Position numbers and translations under genes: made by a program
Source: a virus
Lineage: Duplodnaviria; Caudoviricetes
IMG/VR virus record: IMGVR_UViG_3300048881_000515
Location: 1-34,954 of that record
Length of the DNA stretch: 34,954 nt
Strand: one strand, 5' to 3'
Part shown: one piece after another, positions 32,039-34,954 of the stretch
Layout: each line of letters begins with the position of its first letter
Position numbering within the stretch: position 1 is the stretch's first letter
Notes under the pieces: model-generated
Seen by the model: the letters and a program-made list of their open reading frames with translations, nothing else
Told to the model about the DNA's origin: nothing
Databases searched by the model: none

Positions 32039-34954
32039 ATGGCAGAGCAAACATTTAGATCCCCAGGTTTTTTTGAGCGTGAAATTGACGCCACAGCGAG
32101 AGAAACCTCAATCGTAGGCGTTCCAGCAGGTGTTGTTGGAACTGCAGAGAAAGGTCCTGCGTTCGTACCGGTCACGGTGGGAAGCATGACTGATTTTATT
32201 AACAAATTTGGTGATATCGATTCGAACAGATTCGGTCCATATGCAGTCCAAGCATTCTTAGCCAACAGAACAGCACTAACCTATATGCGGGTGCTGGGCG
32301 CTGGTGCTAATGAAACTTCGACGGACCTATCCAACACCCTCAACCTTGGAACCGTCAAGAACGCCGGCTTCACAATAGAGCCAGCAGATTCTCAGTGGAA
32401 TATGGATGCTGACAATGGTGTGGCACAAAATACGTTTTCTGATAGTTGCGTACAGTTTTTAGTCGCGAAGCATTATGTTTCAGGTGCGACTGATTATTCT
32501 CACCCAATGTTCATCGATAATCCGTCTTTCGACTCAAGCGGAGGCGATACCGTTAACTTAGTACGGGGTGTGATTTTCACCGCTTCTGGTAGTCGTTTGC
32601 AGATTTTGAACATTGGCCAGAATTGGAGCAATGGTCTTGATTCGCTGGCAAGTCCCGGTCCGGATGCTACTTTTGCTTTAGCGGTTTCCTCCTCACGTGG
32701 AGGGGCATATACGTCCCAGTTTGGGTCTCTTGCAAGAAACACCACTGTTGCAAAAACACTCAATACAGTAGCTGGCCCAGGTGTCCGAATCGTAACGGCT
32801 TCGCTTGACCCATCTCACACGAATTATATTTCAAATGTTCTTAACACTGATCCGCTTAAGTTCTACGAGCATCAGCACTTACTGTATCTTGACTTTGCTG
32901 TTGAACGGGAGATTGCCGGTGTGCAAGAGGGAACAGCGAATGTACTAGCTTTACTTTCAGGCTCGGGTGACAATTTAAACAATGCGCTCAGCGGTGATAA
33001 CCGCAAGGCACTTTCGGCGTTCGGTCGATTTGATACAAGATACACAACGGCACAGACGCCGCAGATCTTATCGCAGCCCTACGGTGGTACTGAGTACCCC
33101 CTCATGCACTTCGAATCGCTGTCTGATGGCCATTATGCCAATGACAATGTGAAGATCACTATAGCGAATCTGCGGGCTTCTACAGACGGGAATTATCCAT
33201 TCCCTCAGTTCGAGGTTCAGGTAAGAAGATTTGATGATTCCGACCTTGACCCACAAGTCCTCGAGACCTACCCCTCATGTAATCTCGATCCGATGTCAGA
33301 AAACTTTGTTGCTCGAAAGATTGGTGACTATAAGGCACGCTATAATTTCGATGCAGATAATGATGATGAAAAGCGGATTATCGTTACAGGACGATACCCC
33401 AACGTCTCTAACTTTATACGTGTTGTAATGCACGATTCCATATATACTCGTAATGTTCCTGAAAATGCATGTCCATTCGGCTTTACAGGAATTCCAGTTA
33501 TCAAGACGTCTAACTCGATGACAGACACTCCGAGAACACGACTTGAGCTGGGTGGAGTATATTACGGTGAAGATGGAGCAGGTCGAATGTGGGGCGGAGG
33601 TGGCTCTTCAGCAGCATCTGCTGGCCCATTGACGGGCTCTATTGTTCCTCCTCTTCCATTCCGGTTTAAATTAACACGCGGGCAAGTAAAGAATAACTAC
33701 TCTGGAATGGCTGGAGATCCTAGCGCTAGAGAGATTGTAGATCGCCGGCTCAACTGGGGTGTTAAGTGGTCCCGCTGTCCCGAGACAGGAAGCATGGACA
33801 ATGCGAACCTGGATGTTAACGCTTCTAGTATTGCTAACCCATTAATCGCAGCGTACGGGAAGTTCCAAGGAATTGGGAAACTAGACACTGTGGTTACTGG
33901 AAGCGGGAGAGCTGCTTTTAATGCAAACAAGTTCACGTTGGCACGAGTTGCTTTGGTCGGGACAGGTAGTACAGCAGCAACACTGCTTACACACTTGAGC
34001 GGTACCGCAAAAGAAGTCATAAGAGAGTCATGCTATATAAGAAATGGCGTTCCCGACTCCCAGACATATGCTATCCAAGATCCAGATAAGTCGAATTTCG
34101 GACGTATTACGTTCGCTACGCTGATCCAATCAAGCTCCGTTAAGTTCAATCGTTTCACGTCATATACTGCGTTTAATATTCCGTTTTACGGAGGCTTCGA
34201 TGGAGTCAACATTCTCAATCGAGACATGTTCTTCATGACTGATAGAGCTTCATCGACAGATGCATCATCTGGTGGCCTCACAGGGTACGCTTCTGATGAG
34301 TTTGACCAGGGAACAATCGGTATGTCCCCATCTTACAGTGGTGGGTCCTTAGCTAACGATTCCGGTCAGGGCCGCTTGGCGAACACGATCCAAGCTTATC
34401 GTAAAGCAGCTGAGATCATGACGGATCCGACTACAACTAGAATCAATATTCTTTCGATTCCGGGCATTAGAGATTCTTTCGTTACAGATTGGGCCGCTGA
34501 GAAGACTCAAGCTTATTCCATGGCGATGTACGTAATGGATATTCCATCATGGACAGAAAGTGAAACAAGATTGTTCGGAGGTGAAGATAGTTCAAAGATT
34601 GCTAGTGCTTCATATTCATTACCAGATGTAAGAGAAACAGCAGAGCAATTTGAGTCAAGAGTATTTGACAACAATTATACCGCGACGTACTTCCCAGATG
34701 TCTTCATCACAGACAGCAATACTCTGTCGAAAGTACAAGTGCCGCCGTCCATTGCCGTGATGTCTGCTTTAGGATACAACGATAAAGTTGCATATCCCTG
34801 GTTCGCACCCGCTGGATTTAACCGCGGTGGCCTGAGCCTGGTAAGTAATACTGCAGTGAGACTTACTGCAGGGGATAGAGATGATTTATACGACGCAAGG
34901 GTTAACCCTATCGCAAACTTCTCAGATGGAAGCTTTGTAATATTCGGACAAAAG
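32039..34954 (+). CDS. Contractile tail sheath protein (T4 gp18-like), 3'-truncated, at least 972 aa
   Basis: Not in the ORF track because no stop lies in the window. ATG at 32039 with SD AGGAG translates to 'MAEQTFRSPGFFEREID...GVVGTAEKGPAFVPVTV...F..KFG'. The window ends in the same frame with 'PWFAPAGFNRG...RDDLYDARVNPIANF...VIFGQK'. Confidence 0.92.
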   Translation, partial: MAEQTFRSPGFFEREIDATARETSIVGVPAGVVGTAEKGPAFVPVTVGSMTDFINKFGDIDSNRFGPYAVQAFLANRTALTYMRVLGAGANETSTDLSNTLNLGTVKNAGFTIEPADSQWNMDADNGVAQNTFSDSCVQFLVAKHYVSGATDYSHPMFIDNPSFDSSGGDTVNLVRGVIFTASGSRLQILNIGQNWSNGLDSLASPGPDATFALAVSSSRGGAYTSQFGSLARNTTVAKTLNTVAGPGVRIVTASLDPSHTNYISNVLNTDPLKFYEHQHLLYLDFAVEREIAGVQEGTANVLALLSGSGDNLNNALSGDNRKALSAFGRFDTRYTTAQTPQILSQPYGGTEYPLMHFESLSDGHYANDNVKITIANLRASTDGNYPFPQFEVQVRRFDDSDLDPQVLETYPSCNLDPMSENFVARKIGDYKARYNFDADNDDEKRIIVTGRYPNVSNFIRVVMHDSIYTRNVPENACPFGFTGIPVIKTSNSMTDTPRTRLELGGVYYGEDGAGRMWGGGGSSAASAGPLTGSIVPPLPFRFKLTRGQVKNNYSGMAGDPSAREIVDRRLNWGVKWSRCPETGSMDNANLDVNASSIANPLIAAYGKFQGIGKLDTVVTGSGRAAFNANKFTLARVALVGTGSTAATLLTHLSGTAKEVIRESCYIRNGVPDSQTYAIQDPDKSNFGRITFATLIQSSSVKFNRFTSYTAFNIPFYGGFDGVNILNRDMFFMTDRASSTDASSGGLTGYASDEFDQGTIGMSPSYSGGSLANDSGQGRLANTIQAYRKAAEIMTDPTTTRINILSIPGIRDSFVTDWAAEKTQAYSMAMYVMDIPSWTESETRLFGGEDSSKIASASYSLPDVRETAEQFESRVFDNNYTATYFPDVFITDSNTLSKVQVPPSIAVMSALGYNDKVAYPWFAPAGFNRGGLSLVSNTAVRLTAGDRDDLYDARVNPIANFSDGSFVIFGQK

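Noticed and set aside
1252-34020. Many short reverse-strand and alternative-frame ORFs in the ORF track (e.g. 5163-5795, 12676-13083, 17024-17446, 22213-22632, 33697-34020)
   Set aside because: All lie on top of long, motif-bearing + strand genes and show no recognisable motifs. They are best explained as shadow ORFs.
1-34954. Stop-codon reassignment, as seen in some large phages
   Set aside because: TAA, TAG and TGA all end genes at sensible boundaries, and coding density is near complete under the standard code.

Overview
A 35-kb, entirely + strand, tightly packed segment of a large T4-like myovirus (Caudoviricetes) genome using the standard genetic code. In order it carries: FN3/Ig-like and baseplate/fibre-type structural genes (1-11413); an embedded DNA-metabolism cassette of RuvC-like resolvase, DnaG-type primase and a single-chain SbcD-SbcC/Mre11-Rad50 fusion (11413-16090); and a complete head-to-tail morphogenesis module with large terminase, gp20-like portal, gp21-like prohead protease, several unknown probable head proteins, scaffold, gp23-like major capsid protein, two small post-capsid proteins, gp13/gp14/gp15-like neck proteins and a very large gp18-like tail sheath (32039 to the window end, absent from the ORF track). 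The most interesting signals read directly from the sequence are: a recurrent intergenic motif CG-NN-ATA-N-(T/A)TA, probably a late promoter; a ~90-nt structured, possibly pseudoknotted leader RNA before the gene after the capsid gene; a probable nested in-frame start inside the scaffold gene; the Mre11-Rad50 fusion with atypical motifs; and an excess of [S/T]-G-S tripeptides in virion proteins. All family assignments come from motifs recognised by eye and from gene order; no database search was run.
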